IMG/VR virus record: IMGVR_UViG_3300037047_000153
Span: 1 to 41,215 of that record
Origin: a virus
Lineage: Duplodnaviria > Caudoviricetes
Reading direction: 5' to 3' (one strand)
Length of the DNA: 41,215 bases
Shown here: positions 7,881 through 17,835 of the stretch, piece by piece
How the letters are laid out: each line of letters opens with the position of its first letter
Position numbering within the stretch: position 1 is the stretch's first letter
The notes under the pieces: generated by a model
The model's database searches: none
Told to the model about the DNA's origin: nothing
What the model saw: only the letters and a program-made list of their open reading frames with translations
Position numbers and translations under genes: made by a program

Positions 7881-10800
7881 TTATGCGTCCACGTCGGCGC
7901 GGAAGGCGACGATGGCTTTATCGCTGGCCACGGTGGCCGGGCCTTGCAGCACGGTCAGGGCCTCCCAGCAAGGGGCGGCGCAGGCAGCGGTGTTGAAGCG
8001 GATCACGTTGCCCACGCTCCAGCCGGTGCCGAAGGCGAGCGGGTCGAGCGTGAAATAGGGCGTGGCGGTGTTGGGGTTGAGGGGGCCAATGGCGGCGAGG
8101 ATCGAGGCGCTGTCGAGGATCTGCCCCACGTGTTCCCCGATCACGCGCACGGTGGTGGTGCCGGTGAAGATGAGCGCCCAGCGCTCGGTGATGGCTCCGC
8201 GGTTGGTGACGACCGGCGGAAAGTCGATGTCGTTGAAGTTGGGCGCGATGGCCGAGCCCTCGCGCGCGTCCAGCCAGTTGTTGGACCATGTGGCCTGCTC
8301 GAACTGGCCATAGGACCGGGCGAACAGGTCGCCCACGCGCAGCTTGCTGCTGACGAACGAGGTGTTGGCCGGGTAGGCGTGTGTGATGCCGTTGCCCACC
8401 AGGTCGAGCTTGCCGCTGATGTCGGCGCGCAGCACCATGAGCTCGTCTTCGATGCGGTGGTAAACCGTAAACGGTTGGTCAAGCCCGGTGAGGTCTGACT
8501 CAATCGGAAAGGTGATCTCGCCCGCGCTGAAATCCACGGTGTAGAGCGCACCGGAGACCTTGACGCCCGCCGCGGTGCGCACCACGGCGGCGGCGATGCG
8601 CTCGCGGCCGAGGCTGTAGGCCAGGCCCTTGGTGAGCGGGTTGGGCAGCGTGGTGGTGAGCGTGTTGTGGATCACCACCTGGCCGCCGGTCCGGTAGATG
8701 GGGGCCTTGCCGTCGATGGGCAGGCGCGTGGTGCTGATGCCGAGCAGGGCTTCGTCAAGCGGCACGTATTGCAGAAACACGGCGTTGTAGGTGACTTCGT
8801 CGGCGCGCACAGGGGTTCCGTCATCGTCATCTGGCCCGATGCCGGTGACGGCCCAGGCCACGATGCCGCGGGCGGCGTCGACCAGGCCGGTGAAGTCACC
8901 AGTCAACACACCGCCGCTGTTGGCGTTTGCGATGGCGGCGCCGGCCTGCAGCTGGAAGGCGCCGGCCTTGATGGGCGCGGTGGCGACACGGAACACGCCG
9001 CCGAGAACGTCGAGCGCACCGCGGGCGTCGTGGGCGAGGTTGCTCCATGTGATGGCGTTGCTCGCGCCGCTGGCCACGGTGTTGAGGGTGATGAGGCCGG
9101 CGCTGCTGACGCTGCCGATGGCGGTGGCGGCGCCGTTGGTGGGGTTCCAGCCGCGGAACAGGGCGCCGTCGCGCGAGAAATGCAGATCCCCGGCCCAGAG
9201 GAACACCGCGCCGTTGCTGACCACGGCCAGGCCCTGCGGCGGCGTGGCGACGATGCGCCAGGGCGGCACGATGGCGAGCGACTGCGCGATGGCGCCGGCG
9301 GCTGGCAGGTAGCCGATTTCGAGGATGCCGTCGAGGTCGAACGCGAAGACCTCCGTGGACGATGTTTTTGTGATGTAGTAGCTCGGCCCCTCGTAGACGC
9401 CGGTGCTGCCGATGTGCGTGCTGCGCTCGACACGGGTGCTGGTCCAGGTGGTGACCTCGTGTCCTGAGGTGCCACTGAGCAGCATGGCGCCGGTGGTGTT
9501 GTTGATGGTGCCGATGACGCCGACGCCCGAGGCATACACCAGGGTGCCCGAGCTGTAGCAGCTGTACACGCGGGTCTCGCTGCCGCTGGTGCCGAGCAGC
9601 TGGAAGCGGGCGGAGCCTGGGGCGATGGGTGCGCCGGTGAGTGTGTAGGCGCCGCCACCGTCGTTGGTGAACGCGGCGGTTTCGGGCGCCTCGTCAAACT
9701 CGACCGTGATCGGACCGTCGGGCAGGGTGTCGGGGGAAAACGTGAGCGTGTAGTCAGCGGCGGCGTTGCGCACCACCTGCCCCACCTGGGCCGGACCGGT
9801 GACGACGCCGGCGGCGTCAACCGTGGCAGTGTAGTTGGTGGCGCCGCGGCTCCAGGCGAAGGCGAGCGTGCCAGGCTGCGGCTGTTTGGTGAGGTTTATC
9901 ACGGCCTCGGCCCGGATGGGCATGCCGGTAGCGGTGCGGGCAGAGTCGGCCTCGCCCCAGGTGAAGATCAGCAGGCTGCCCACGTCGGGCAGCGCGCCGA
10001 GGGTCAGCGCGAGGCTGCCGGTGACGAAGCTGAGCGAGCCCGAGCCATACGAGCTGTCTGCGCCAGAAAGCTTGCTGCTGCCGTCTTCTTCAAGCGTGTA
10101 CCAGCGGCCCTGCGCCATGTAGCTGACGCTGAGCGTGGCGGGCGCGGGGGTGGGCTCGAATGCGTAGACCCAGCCCAGGCCCTGGTTGGCGGTGGTGATC
10201 CGGATCGCGTCGCTGTGGGCGGTGGCGCCGGTCACGGTGGCGGGCTTGAGGGTGATGGTGTTGCTGGCGCTGCCGTAGCTGGGCGCGCTGCCGCTCATGG
10301 TGAGCGTGCGGGCGCGGTGGTCAACGGTGCCCACCACGGTGGTGCCCTGGAGCAGTTCGCCGGCGGCGTTGCTCGTGAACGCGGTGGCGCCGTGCGCCAT
10401 GGTCAGCGTGCCCGGCTCCACTGCGGTGGGCAGCTGCAGCACGGTGCCCGCGGTGAGGGTGAGCGTTGTGGCGGGCAGCGTGACCGAGGCGGCGGCGGTG
10501 CGCGAGAGCGAGGGCCGCGTGATCAGGGGGTAGATGTCGGTCAGCGGCTCTTCAATGGTGTTGGCCGGGACGATGGGGGAATAGATGCCATCGACGGTGG
10601 TGACGGACTTGTTGCCCACCTCGGCGGCGATGCCAAGGCGCTTGACGCCGTGAAAAAGCACGCCGGTGGACAACGCGGTGGAGTAGACCGAGGCCACGGT
10701 GCTGCCGGGTTGGTCTTTTTGCACCGGGCCGCCCAGGATGTCGAACTGCAGCACCTGATCCAGCTCGCAGAGGCAGATGTTGAGCATGACCGCTTCGCCG

Positions 10801-11327
10801 AGGATCACCTGCTGCTGGGAGAGCGTGGTCTTGAGCACGCGCACGTATTGCTCGGTGCCCGACGGGTTGCGCAGCACAACGGTTTCGCCTGCCTGCGGGA
10901 AGCCGGTGGCCGGGGCGGCGTTGTAGAGCTGCAGCAGCAGGGCGCCGGCAAAGTGCCGGTCCTGGATGCGGCCGAGCATCTTGGTGCCTTTGACCAGGTA
11001 GGCCTCGATTGCGGTTTTGGCTTCGGTGCGCGTGTCGAACCAGCCGGGGGTTTGCATCAGGGTGAGGTGCACCAAAGGATCTTCTGGCGGTTCCAGCACC
11101 ACGAACGAGGCGCCGAGCAGCAGGTCGTCGTTGTTGGTGTGCGCGGCGCCGAAGACTTTGCGCAACCGGAAACGCCCGGCCGCGCGGTCGTCGGTGGACG
11201 TGTCGGGAAACACGTTGTTGCTCGCGCCGTCGATGATCTCGACCCCGGTGGCGCCGCCGCCGCCCTCGGGCACGTCGGCCATCACGGCGGATTCGAGCAG
11301 CTTGATGTCGTCGGATGCGATGGTCAT
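7881..11327 (-). CDS. Large tail-tip/virion structural protein (1148 aa)
   Basis: MTIASDDIKLLESAVMADVPEGGG...NNVFPD...FRLRKVF N-terminus typical of siphovirus tail-tip proteins; repeated beta-sandwich segments. Confidence 0.8.
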   Translation of the reverse strand: MTIASDDIKLLESAVMADVPEGGGGATGVEIIDGASNNVFPDTSTDDRAAGRFRLRKVFGAAHTNNDDLLLGASFVVLEPPEDPLVHLTLMQTPGWFDTRTEAKTAIEAYLVKGTKMLGRIQDRHFAGALLLQLYNAAPATGFPQAGETVVLRNPSGTEQYVRVLKTTLSQQQVILGEAVMLNICLCELDQVLQFDILGGPVQKDQPGSTVASVYSTALSTGVLFHGVKRLGIAAEVGNKSVTTVDGIYSPIVPANTIEEPLTDIYPLITRPSLSRTAAASVTLPATTLTLTAGTVLQLPTAVEPGTLTMAHGATAFTSNAAGELLQGTTVVGTVDHRARTLTMSGSAPSYGSASNTITLKPATVTGATAHSDAIRITTANQGLGWVYAFEPTPAPATLSVSYMAQGRWYTLEEDGSSKLSGADSSYGSGSLSFVTGSLALTLGALPDVGSLLIFTWGEADSARTATGMPIRAEAVINLTKQPQPGTLAFAWSRGATNYTATVDAAGVVTGPAQVGQVVRNAAADYTLTFSPDTLPDGPITVEFDEAPETAAFTNDGGGAYTLTGAPIAPGSARFQLLGTSGSETRVYSCYSSGTLVYASGVGVIGTINNTTGAMLLSGTSGHEVTTWTSTRVERSTHIGSTGVYEGPSYYITKTSSTEVFAFDLDGILEIGYLPAAGAIAQSLAIVPPWRIVATPPQGLAVVSNGAVFLWAGDLHFSRDGALFRGWNPTNGAATAIGSVSSAGLITLNTVASGASNAITWSNLAHDARGALDVLGGVFRVATAPIKAGAFQLQAGAAIANANSGGVLTGDFTGLVDAARGIVAWAVTGIGPDDDDGTPVRADEVTYNAVFLQYVPLDEALLGISTTRLPIDGKAPIYRTGGQVVIHNTLTTTLPNPLTKGLAYSLGRERIAAAVVRTAAGVKVSGALYTVDFSAGEITFPIESDLTGLDQPFTVYHRIEDELMVLRADISGKLDLVGNGITHAYPANTSFVSSKLRVGDLFARSYGQFEQATWSNNWLDAREGSAIAPNFNDIDFPPVVTNRGAITERWALIFTGTTTVRVIGEHVGQILDSASILAAIGPLNPNTATPYFTLDPLAFGTGWSVGNVIRFNTAACAAPCWEALTVLQGPATVASDKAIVAFRADVDA

Positions 11328-11336
11328 GGCTTGGGC

Positions 11337-11975
11337 TTATTCGGCTGCGGGGGCGGGGGTGTCTGCTGCGGGCTCGGCGGGCGCTGGTGCCACGCCCTGC
11401 GAGCCGGCGGGCAAGCTGAAGAAATACGGCACGCGGCTGTTGAAGTCGTAGCCGGCTTGCTGCGAAATGAGCGACGTGTTGGCTACTGTGTCGAGGGTGT
11501 AGCGCTGCTGGGCGTTGTTTTCCCGGACCTGGAATTTCTGGAAGCTCAGGCCCTTGCTGAAGCTGGCGTAGCGTTCAACGCGGTCGAGCACCTGCAGGCT
11601 GCGGTTGAACCAGCCGTTCTGTGCCTCCAGCTCTTCGCGGCGCAGCGCCGTGTTGTCGGCCTGGGCCTGGGCTTGCATGATGGATTGCGTGGTGTTGCTG
11701 GCGCCGGGGCCGGCGCCGCTGGACTTGGCCATAACGAAGCCCTTGACCATGTCGCTGCCGCTCTCGGCGGCGAACTTGAGCCACGCCATCTGGTTGGTGC
11801 GCTCCAGGTCCAGCTCTTTGCTGCGCACCTCCAGCAGCAGATCGACCGTGGTCTTGGTGGCCACGGGAGGAGCGGCGGCCGGGGCAGCGGGCGCGGTCTG
11901 GCAGGCGGTGAGGCCGAAGGCGGCGGCGGCGAGCGCCAGGGTGGCGATGAGGCGGGCGAACGGGCGGTTGGTCAT
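11337..11975 (-). CDS. Predicted lipoprotein in the tail module
   Basis: Signal peptide with lipobox LTAC (MTNRPFARLIATLALAAAAFGLTAC); helical, coiled-coil body. Confidence 0.75.
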   Translation of the reverse strand: MTNRPFARLIATLALAAAAFGLTACQTAPAAPAAAPPVATKTTVDLLLEVRSKELDLERTNQMAWLKFAAESGSDMVKGFVMAKSSGAGPGASNTTQSIMQAQAQADNTALRREELEAQNGWFNRSLQVLDRVERYASFSKGLSFQKFQVRENNAQQRYTLDTVANTSLISQQAGYDFNSRVPYFFSLPAGSQGVAPAPAEPAADTPAPAAE

Positions 11976-12565
11976 GGGGTGGCTCCGAAGGTGGTTGGGG
12001 GGGTGAAGTCGGCGATGGCGCGGTCGAGGTCTGTGGGTCCCCAGGCGGCGGCTGCGGGCTGCGCGGGCGCGGCGCCCTGCCCGGCTGGCTGGTCACTGGC
12101 GTGGGGCGCTGGGGCGCTGCGCTGGGCGGGGCGGGCGGCGCTGGATGGCTGCGGCAGGGCCTGCAGATCGGCGAGCTGGGATTCAATGGCTTCGATGCGC
12201 GCGACCAGCGGGGCGAGTGGGTTGGTGGCCGGCCCCGCTGCGGCCGACTGCTCGGGCGGCGGAGAGCTTTGCACCGGTGCCAGCCGCGGCCACAGTGCCC
12301 CGGCGGCGAGCAGCAGGGCCAGCAGCACCAGCGCGCCCAGCAACACCGGGTGGCGCAGCAGCCAGGCGCCGGCCCCGCGCAGCCAGGCCCAGGCAGCGGC
12401 CAGCCACGCACGCGCCCGGCCGGCCGCTGCGGGCTGCGGCGCGGGCGCGGCGATGGTGGCCCACCAGGCGGCGAGGCGCTGTCGCAGAGCGGCGGCGCGC
12501 TGCTTGAGGGTCTGCCAGAGGCTGGCGGTGGCGGCGGGGGTCGCCGTTGCGGTGGTGGTGGTCAT
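11972..12565 (-). CDS. Single-TM membrane protein with Pro/Ala-rich linker and short coiled coil
   Basis: TM VLLGALVLLALLLAAGALW; coiled coil LVARIEAIESQLADLQ; ATGA-coupled to the lipoprotein. Confidence 0.65.
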   Translation of the reverse strand: MTTTTATATPAATASLWQTLKQRAAALRQRLAAWWATIAAPAPQPAAAGRARAWLAAAWAWLRGAGAWLLRHPVLLGALVLLALLLAAGALWPRLAPVQSSPPPEQSAAAGPATNPLAPLVARIEAIESQLADLQALPQPSSAARPAQRSAPAPHASDQPAGQGAAPAQPAAAAWGPTDLDRAIADFTPPTTFGATP

Positions 12566-12568
12566 GGA

Positions 12569-13000
12569 TCAGGGGGCGCTGAGCTGCAGGAAGCGCAGCG
12601 TGAGGCTGTAGGGGTCGGTGGGCAGGGGGTCGCTGTAGGGCACGATGGGCTCGGCGGTGATGGCTGAGCCGCTTTCGCGGTTCCAGGCGACGAGGTAGTT
12701 TTCGCCGTTGTGCACGAGCACCATGGCGAGGCCGGCCTGGTTTTCCCAGGCTTTGGCGGTAAGCAGTTCGGCGCGCTGGCACCAGGCGTAGTCAACGCTG
12801 CCTTGGAGCGTCATGGGGCGGCCGGCTTGTTTGGTCCACTCGCCGATGTGCAGCGCGCCGGTGCTGCTGTATTCGCGGGTCTGGAGCACCTGGCTCCAGG
12901 CGAATTCGTCGGTCCAGAGCAGGTCGGGCGGGAGGTCGAGCACGATGGGCGTGCCGCCGGCCCCGGCTGTGGGGTGGCTGAGGGTGATGGTGCTGGGCAT
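12569..13000 (-). CDS. Distal tail protein-like
   Basis: 143 aa immediately after the tape measure; LPPDLLWTDEFAW...GRPMTL motif. Confidence 0.7.
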   Translation of the reverse strand: MPSTITLSHPTAGAGGTPIVLDLPPDLLWTDEFAWSQVLQTREYSSTGALHIGEWTKQAGRPMTLQGSVDYAWCQRAELLTAKAWENQAGLAMVLVHNGENYLVAWNRESGSAITAEPIVPYSDPLPTDPYSLTLRFLQLSAP

Positions 13001-13028
13001 GGCGGGAGGTGGGCGGTCGGGGGGCGGG

Positions 13029-15833
13029 TCAGAGGCCGGCGCTGAGGGCTGCGGACTGGAGGCTGCTGATGAGGGCGGCGGCGCCGTCTTCGTCGGTTTT
13101 GACGAGCCTGGTTTGGCTGCCTTGCTTGAGTTCGACAGTGACCTTGCGGCCGACGCTGGTCTTCTCCAGGATCTGGGCGAGCTGGGTGCGGATGGCAGCC
13201 CATTCGCGGCGGTCGGCCATGCCGGCGGCGCTGAAGCCGCCGGGGTTCATGCGGTCGACGTCGCGGTCGATCTGTGCGTTCTGGTCGATGGCGGCGATGG
13301 CGGCGCGGATGCTGTCGCTGTCGGCGCTGGTGAGGGTGCCGGCGCGCAGCTTGTCGCGGAGTTCAAAAAGGAGGCTGTTGTCGACGGCGTTCTGCCCGGC
13401 GAGGCGTTCTTCGCGGGTGTTGCCGGTGGTGCTGCCGCCCTTGGGGGCGCTGTATTTGTCGGCGCCGAGCGGGCTGCTGTATTTGGCGTTGGCGAGTTCG
13501 GCCTGGCGCTCCAGGGCGGCGTTGGCCTCGTTGGTGGCGCCGGCGAAGCTGCGCTGCTTGCCAGTGAGGTTGTCGAGCGTGTTGCCGAAGCGTTGGCCGG
13601 CGCTGGAGCCGGCTTTGAAGAGCTCGAGCTGCTTACGCAGGATATCGGCGCTTTTGCCGGTGGCGTCAGCTTCTGCGATTTTTGCCTGGGCGAGCTTGAT
13701 GCTGTTTTCGATCTCGGCCTGCTTGACGAGGTTGACTTCTCCGCTGGCCTTCATTTCGGCGAGCTTGGCCTGGGCGACGGCGATGGAGCCTTCGGCTTCG
13801 ACGCGGGCGACGTTGGCGCGCGCAAGCACGAGCTGGATCTCGATCTCCATCTGGGCGATGCGGGCCTTGCGCACGCCGATCTCGTTGCCCATGAGGCCGG
13901 CCATGGCTTCGCTCTGTTTGGCCAGGTCGAGCTGCACGCGCAGGTTGGCTTCGCTGGCCTGGGCGTCGCCGCGCTTGGAGATGGCTGAGGCTTCCCAGGC
14001 TTCGACGATGTCGGCGGCGGAAACAACGGTTTTCTTGGCAGCTTCGACGGCTGCGTCGCCCACGGATTTGGTGGCTTCGGCCGCTTTCTTGGCGGCTGCT
14101 TCGATGGCGGCGGGGGACTGCTCGGCGTCTTTCCACATCTGCTCGAGCACGGCCTTGAGCTCTACGTTGCGCAGCTGGTAGCGGGCGAACGCGGCTTCGA
14201 CGGTGTCGTCTGTGAAGATGGCGGCGGCGGCCTCTTTCAGGCCCCGAAGGGCATTGATGTTGCCTTCCAGGAAGCCAACGACAGCGACGCCAAGCTTGCG
14301 GGCGTATTCGCTGTTTTCGCGCAGCATTTCGCCGATCTGGTAGCCGACTTCGAAGCCGACGGCGGCGATGGTGATCTTGAGCGCGGTTGGCACCTTGCTC
14401 ATGCTGAGAGTGAGCAGGTTGGTGGCGGTGGTGGCGGCGGCGACCTGGACGATGTAGGCGCGCACGGCGCCGGCCGCTTGCACGGCCATGGCGGCGACGA
14501 GCACGGCGCCGGCTCTGGTGGCGATGGCGGCGATTTCGTCGAGGTTCTGGGCGACGCCGTTGATGGCGGCGGCGGCGGCGGAGCTGGCGCCGGTGGCTTT
14601 GTCGACTTCGCCGACGTAGATGGTCCAGCTGGTGCTGAGGTTCTGGATGGCCCGGCCCACAGTGGGAGGTAGCTTGTCAAACTCGGCGGCGACGGCGTCG
14701 GTCTGGCCCTGCAGGGCGCGGATGACGACTTCGCTGGTGAGCCGGCCTTCTTTGGCCATGGCGCGGAGTTCGCCGGTGGTCTTGCCCAGGCCGTCGGCCA
14801 GGGCCTTGGCCAGGCGCGGGCTCTGCTCCATGACGGAGTTGAATTCATCGCCGCGCAGCACGCCGCTCTGCAGGCCCTGAACGAGCTGGATGATGGCGGC
14901 CTTGGCGCTGTCTGCTGAACCGCCCGAGAGCTGGATGCTCTGGTTGATGGTCTCGGTGAGGCTGAGCGCTTCTTTCTGGGTGACGCCGATCTCTTTGCCA
15001 GCCTGGACGATGCGGGTGAACAGGGTGCCGGTAGCTTCGAGCTCGCTGTTGGTGGCGAGCGCGATGTCTTGCACACCCTGGAAGGCGCTCTCGAAGGCGG
15101 CGCCCTCGCCTGTTACCAGGCGGATGCGGGCGGCAAGGTTGCTGTATTCGTCGGCGACTTTGGCGACGTCGCCGGCGAGAGAGCCCACGAAGCTGCCGCC
15201 CAGGGCGGTGAGCGCGATATTCTGGATGGTGCGCAGCTGGTCGCCTAGGCCGCGCAAGCCTGCGCCGGCGGTGGCGGCTGACTGAGCCTGTTTGCGGCCG
15301 GCTTCGGCGGCGGCATTGCCGGCGGCGGTGTAGGCGGGGGCGAGCTGCTGGACTTCGACGCGGGCGGCGGCGATGGCGGCGCGCACGTTGCGCTCGCTGG
15401 CGGCGAGGGTGTCGGTGGTGACGCCGGCGGCGCGCAGGCTGGTGCGGCTCTGGTCGAGGGCGACGTTTTGTTTGATCAGTTCTTCTTTGGCTGCGCGCAC
15501 GTTGTCGCGCAGCTTCTGCATCTGGCCGGCCTGGGCGCGCGTGGGGGCGCCGCTGGCGGCGAGCTTGGCCCCGAGCTGCTGGGCGGCGCCCTGGGCTTGC
15601 TGCAGGCGCTCGGCGGCGCTCTGGGCCTCGGTCTTGAGGAGGCGGAAGTTTTCGATGGCGCCTTGTTTGGCGCCGAGTTCGCGCAGGGCGGCGGCGCTGG
15701 CTTCTGCCTGGACTTTGAGGTCGCCCTCCAGGGTGTTGGCGAGGCCTTCGAGCTGGGTGGCCAGGGCGTTGACGTCGCTCCCGCCGGATACGGCGGCTTC
15801 GATGTCGTACCGGATCTTTGGGTTGGTGGCCAT
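13029..15833 (-). CDS. Tail tape measure protein
   Basis: 934 aa, Ala-rich helical; tape-measure domain QLVQGLQSGVLRGDEFNSVMEQSPRLAKALADGLG. Confidence 0.93.
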   Translation of the reverse strand: MATNPKIRYDIEAAVSGGSDVNALATQLEGLANTLEGDLKVQAEASAAALRELGAKQGAIENFRLLKTEAQSAAERLQQAQGAAQQLGAKLAASGAPTRAQAGQMQKLRDNVRAAKEELIKQNVALDQSRTSLRAAGVTTDTLAASERNVRAAIAAARVEVQQLAPAYTAAGNAAAEAGRKQAQSAATAGAGLRGLGDQLRTIQNIALTALGGSFVGSLAGDVAKVADEYSNLAARIRLVTGEGAAFESAFQGVQDIALATNSELEATGTLFTRIVQAGKEIGVTQKEALSLTETINQSIQLSGGSADSAKAAIIQLVQGLQSGVLRGDEFNSVMEQSPRLAKALADGLGKTTGELRAMAKEGRLTSEVVIRALQGQTDAVAAEFDKLPPTVGRAIQNLSTSWTIYVGEVDKATGASSAAAAAINGVAQNLDEIAAIATRAGAVLVAAMAVQAAGAVRAYIVQVAAATTATNLLTLSMSKVPTALKITIAAVGFEVGYQIGEMLRENSEYARKLGVAVVGFLEGNINALRGLKEAAAAIFTDDTVEAAFARYQLRNVELKAVLEQMWKDAEQSPAAIEAAAKKAAEATKSVGDAAVEAAKKTVVSAADIVEAWEASAISKRGDAQASEANLRVQLDLAKQSEAMAGLMGNEIGVRKARIAQMEIEIQLVLARANVARVEAEGSIAVAQAKLAEMKASGEVNLVKQAEIENSIKLAQAKIAEADATGKSADILRKQLELFKAGSSAGQRFGNTLDNLTGKQRSFAGATNEANAALERQAELANAKYSSPLGADKYSAPKGGSTTGNTREERLAGQNAVDNSLLFELRDKLRAGTLTSADSDSIRAAIAAIDQNAQIDRDVDRMNPGGFSAAGMADRREWAAIRTQLAQILEKTSVGRKVTVELKQGSQTRLVKTDEDGAAALISSLQSAALSAGL

Positions 15834-15924
15834 GGCGGAGGGGGTGGGCGGTGCGGTGAGGCTGGTTGGGGCGGGCGCTGTGGGCTTTTTTCGTGGGCGG
15901 CTGGGGGTTGGCTAGCCGGCCATG

Positions 15925-15953
15925 AAAAAAGCCCGCTGGGGGGCGGGCTTTTT
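15925..15953. terminator. Bidirectional intrinsic terminator after the major tail gene
   Basis: AAAAAAGCCCGC-TGGGGG-GCGGGCTTTTT. Confidence 0.8.
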
Positions 15954-15973
15954 CTGGGCTGGGCGCTGGGCGC

Positions 15974-16756
15974 TCAGGTGTTGGCGGTCTGGGGGAAGCG
16001 GACTTCGTAGCCTTCGGTCTTGCCGGCGGGGGTGACGATCTTGCCGGTGAGGGTGATGTTCACGTACTCGCTGTTGAGGAAGTCGAAGCCGTTGTTGGCG
16101 CCGAGCACGCATTCGTGCACGTCGACTTCGAGCGCTTCGCTGTTGACGAGGTTCTGTCCGTCGAAGCGGGCCTGGGCGCGCACCTGGGTGACGCGGCCGC
16201 CGAGGATCTTGGTGCCGTCGACGGCGCCATAGGTGCCGGTGACTTTGAGCACGTCGGAGGCGGCGGGGATGCCGGCGGCGCCGGGGATGATGCGGATTTC
16301 GCCGCGCAGCCAGTTGACTTCGTAGTGGGTGCCGAGCACGTAGGTGACGGTGTCGCCTGCGTTGGTGACTTCGAAGCCGGCTTCGGCGATGTTGCGCTTG
16401 CCCAGGGGGAGCCAGACGCCGACGGCGGCGACGGTGACGTCGACCGCGGCGAGGGAGCCGCTGGACTGGGTGAGGCTTTGCACCAGGCCCTGGAACTGCA
16501 TGGCCAGCGCTTTGGAGCTGGAGGCGGAGAGTTCGATGGTGAGTTCGGTGGGCTGCGGGATGATGACGCTGGCGCGGGCCTGGCCGTAGTCGAGGTGGGA
16601 GCGGCTGGTGCTGGTCTTTTCTTCGAAGTTGGGTTTGATCTCGAACTTGTCGGCGTCGAGGTTTTCACCGAAGCCGTCGTAGGCCTGGGTGACGGAGTTG
16701 AAGAGGTTGAGCGAGACGAGGCCGCCTGCGAGGACGGCACGTGCGGTGCTGGACAT
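15974..16756 (-). CDS. Major tail tube protein
   Basis: 260 aa between the tail terminator and tape measure; YVLGTHYEVNWLRGEIRI motif. Confidence 0.8.
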   Translation of the reverse strand: MSSTARAVLAGGLVSLNLFNSVTQAYDGFGENLDADKFEIKPNFEEKTSTSRSHLDYGQARASVIIPQPTELTIELSASSSKALAMQFQGLVQSLTQSSGSLAAVDVTVAAVGVWLPLGKRNIAEAGFEVTNAGDTVTYVLGTHYEVNWLRGEIRIIPGAAGIPAASDVLKVTGTYGAVDGTKILGGRVTQVRAQARFDGQNLVNSEALEVDVHECVLGANNGFDFLNSEYVNITLTGKIVTPAGKTEGYEVRFPQTANT

Positions 16757-16785
16757 GGTGGGTTTCCTTCGGGTGGATGGTGGGG

Positions 16786-17247
16786 TCAGGCGCGCGGGCG
16801 GTTGAAGCTCGGTTGCCGGTAGGTGACGGTGTAGGCGCTGAGGACCATGGCGCCCTCGATCAGGGGTTTCTCTAGCTCGGGGGACACTTCGTCTTCTTTG
16901 ATGAGCACTTCGCGCGCGCCTTCCAGGCTGTTGAGGCCTGGCATGGCTCGGCTGAGCACTTCGGTTGCCACCAGGTGCATGGCGTCGGCGTCGCGGTCGC
17001 TCGCGTCGGTGCTGACCATGCTGCCCACGATGATCTGGAAGCTGCGCTGGTCGTCGTTGCCCTTGCGGGCAACGAAGGCATCGCGGCCCCAGAACACGGC
17101 CACGACGTAGTCACCCTTTTTGAGGGGGATGGCCACGGGCGGGTTGCGCCGGACGGGCACACCCTGCAGGTCGGGCGCTGTTTCGAGCGCAGTGGCCAGG
17201 GTGTTGAAGATGGCCCAGCGCGGGCTGTTGCCGGTGAAGGTGGGCAT
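16786..17247 (-). CDS. Tail terminator (gpU-like)
   Basis: 153 aa; position and C-terminal YTVTYR strand. Confidence 0.6.
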   Translation of the reverse strand: MPTFTGNSPRWAIFNTLATALETAPDLQGVPVRRNPPVAIPLKKGDYVVAVFWGRDAFVARKGNDDQRSFQIIVGSMVSTDASDRDADAMHLVATEVLSRAMPGLNSLEGAREVLIKEDEVSPELEKPLIEGAMVLSAYTVTYRQPSFNRPRA

Positions 17248-17273
17248 GGTGGTGGTTACGCTGAAGCGGCTGC

Positions 17274-17570
17274 TCAGGCGGGGACGAGGTAGGCCTGGCT
17301 CTCTGCGCCGTCGTTGATGCGTCGGCCGTCGCGCAGCACGCGCCAGGTGTCGGTTCCGTCGCTCAGGAGGTCGTTCTCCAGCAGCGCGGCGGCTGCGGTG
17401 GGGTACTGGATCTCGCGAACGGTGGCCACGGCGTTGTCTTGCAGCAGCTCCTGGTCAACCTCGGAGAGGATGGCCGGGAACTTTTTAACCGGCGAGCTGC
17501 CCACGAGCGTGAACTCGTGGGCGAATTCGTCGGTGCTGTAGAACACCGTGGTCAGGTCGTCACCGAACAT
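17274..17570 (-). CDS. Head-closure / head-tail joining protein (gpFII-like)
   Basis: 98 aa; MFGDDLTTVFYSTDEFA N-terminus; position. Confidence 0.65.
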   Translation of the reverse strand: MFGDDLTTVFYSTDEFAHEFTLVGSSPVKKFPAILSEVDQELLQDNAVATVREIQYPTAAAALLENDLLSDGTDTWRVLRDGRRINDGAESQAYLVPA

Positions 17571-17587
17571 GGCGGGTGGCTACGCGG

Positions 17588-17833
17588 TTAAGCGCCGCTT
17601 CCGACACCCGCAGACACGGCGGTGTCGATGGGGTCAGTGGCGGGCGCAGATGCGGGCTCGGGCGCTGGAGCCGGGGCCGGAGCTGCGGGGGTCTTTTCGA
17701 CCTTGTGCGGCTCGATGGCTCCGGCCGCCAGCAGCGGGGCGGCGGCTTTGGTGCTGAGTTCCAGCACCTCGCCCGCCATCACCCGGCGCCTGGCGTCGAG
17801 CTTGACGCGCATGGTGGTGATGTAGCTGGGCAT
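17588..17833 (-). CDS. Small protein after the capsid gene (gpFI-like position)
   Basis: 81 aa; AGEVLELSTKAAAPLLAAGAIEP plus Pro/Ala tail. Confidence 0.55.
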   Translation of the reverse strand: MPSYITTMRVKLDARRRVMAGEVLELSTKAAAPLLAAGAIEPHKVEKTPAAPAPAPAPEPASAPATDPIDTAVSAGVGSGA

Positions 17834-17835
17834 GA

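Noticed and set aside
10215-12611. Long plus-strand ORFs opposite structural genes (also 19104..20828, 20723..22288, 29133..30962, and 36453..38189 on minus)
   Set aside because: Shadow ORFs from high-GC codon bias, with no recognisable motifs or RBS.
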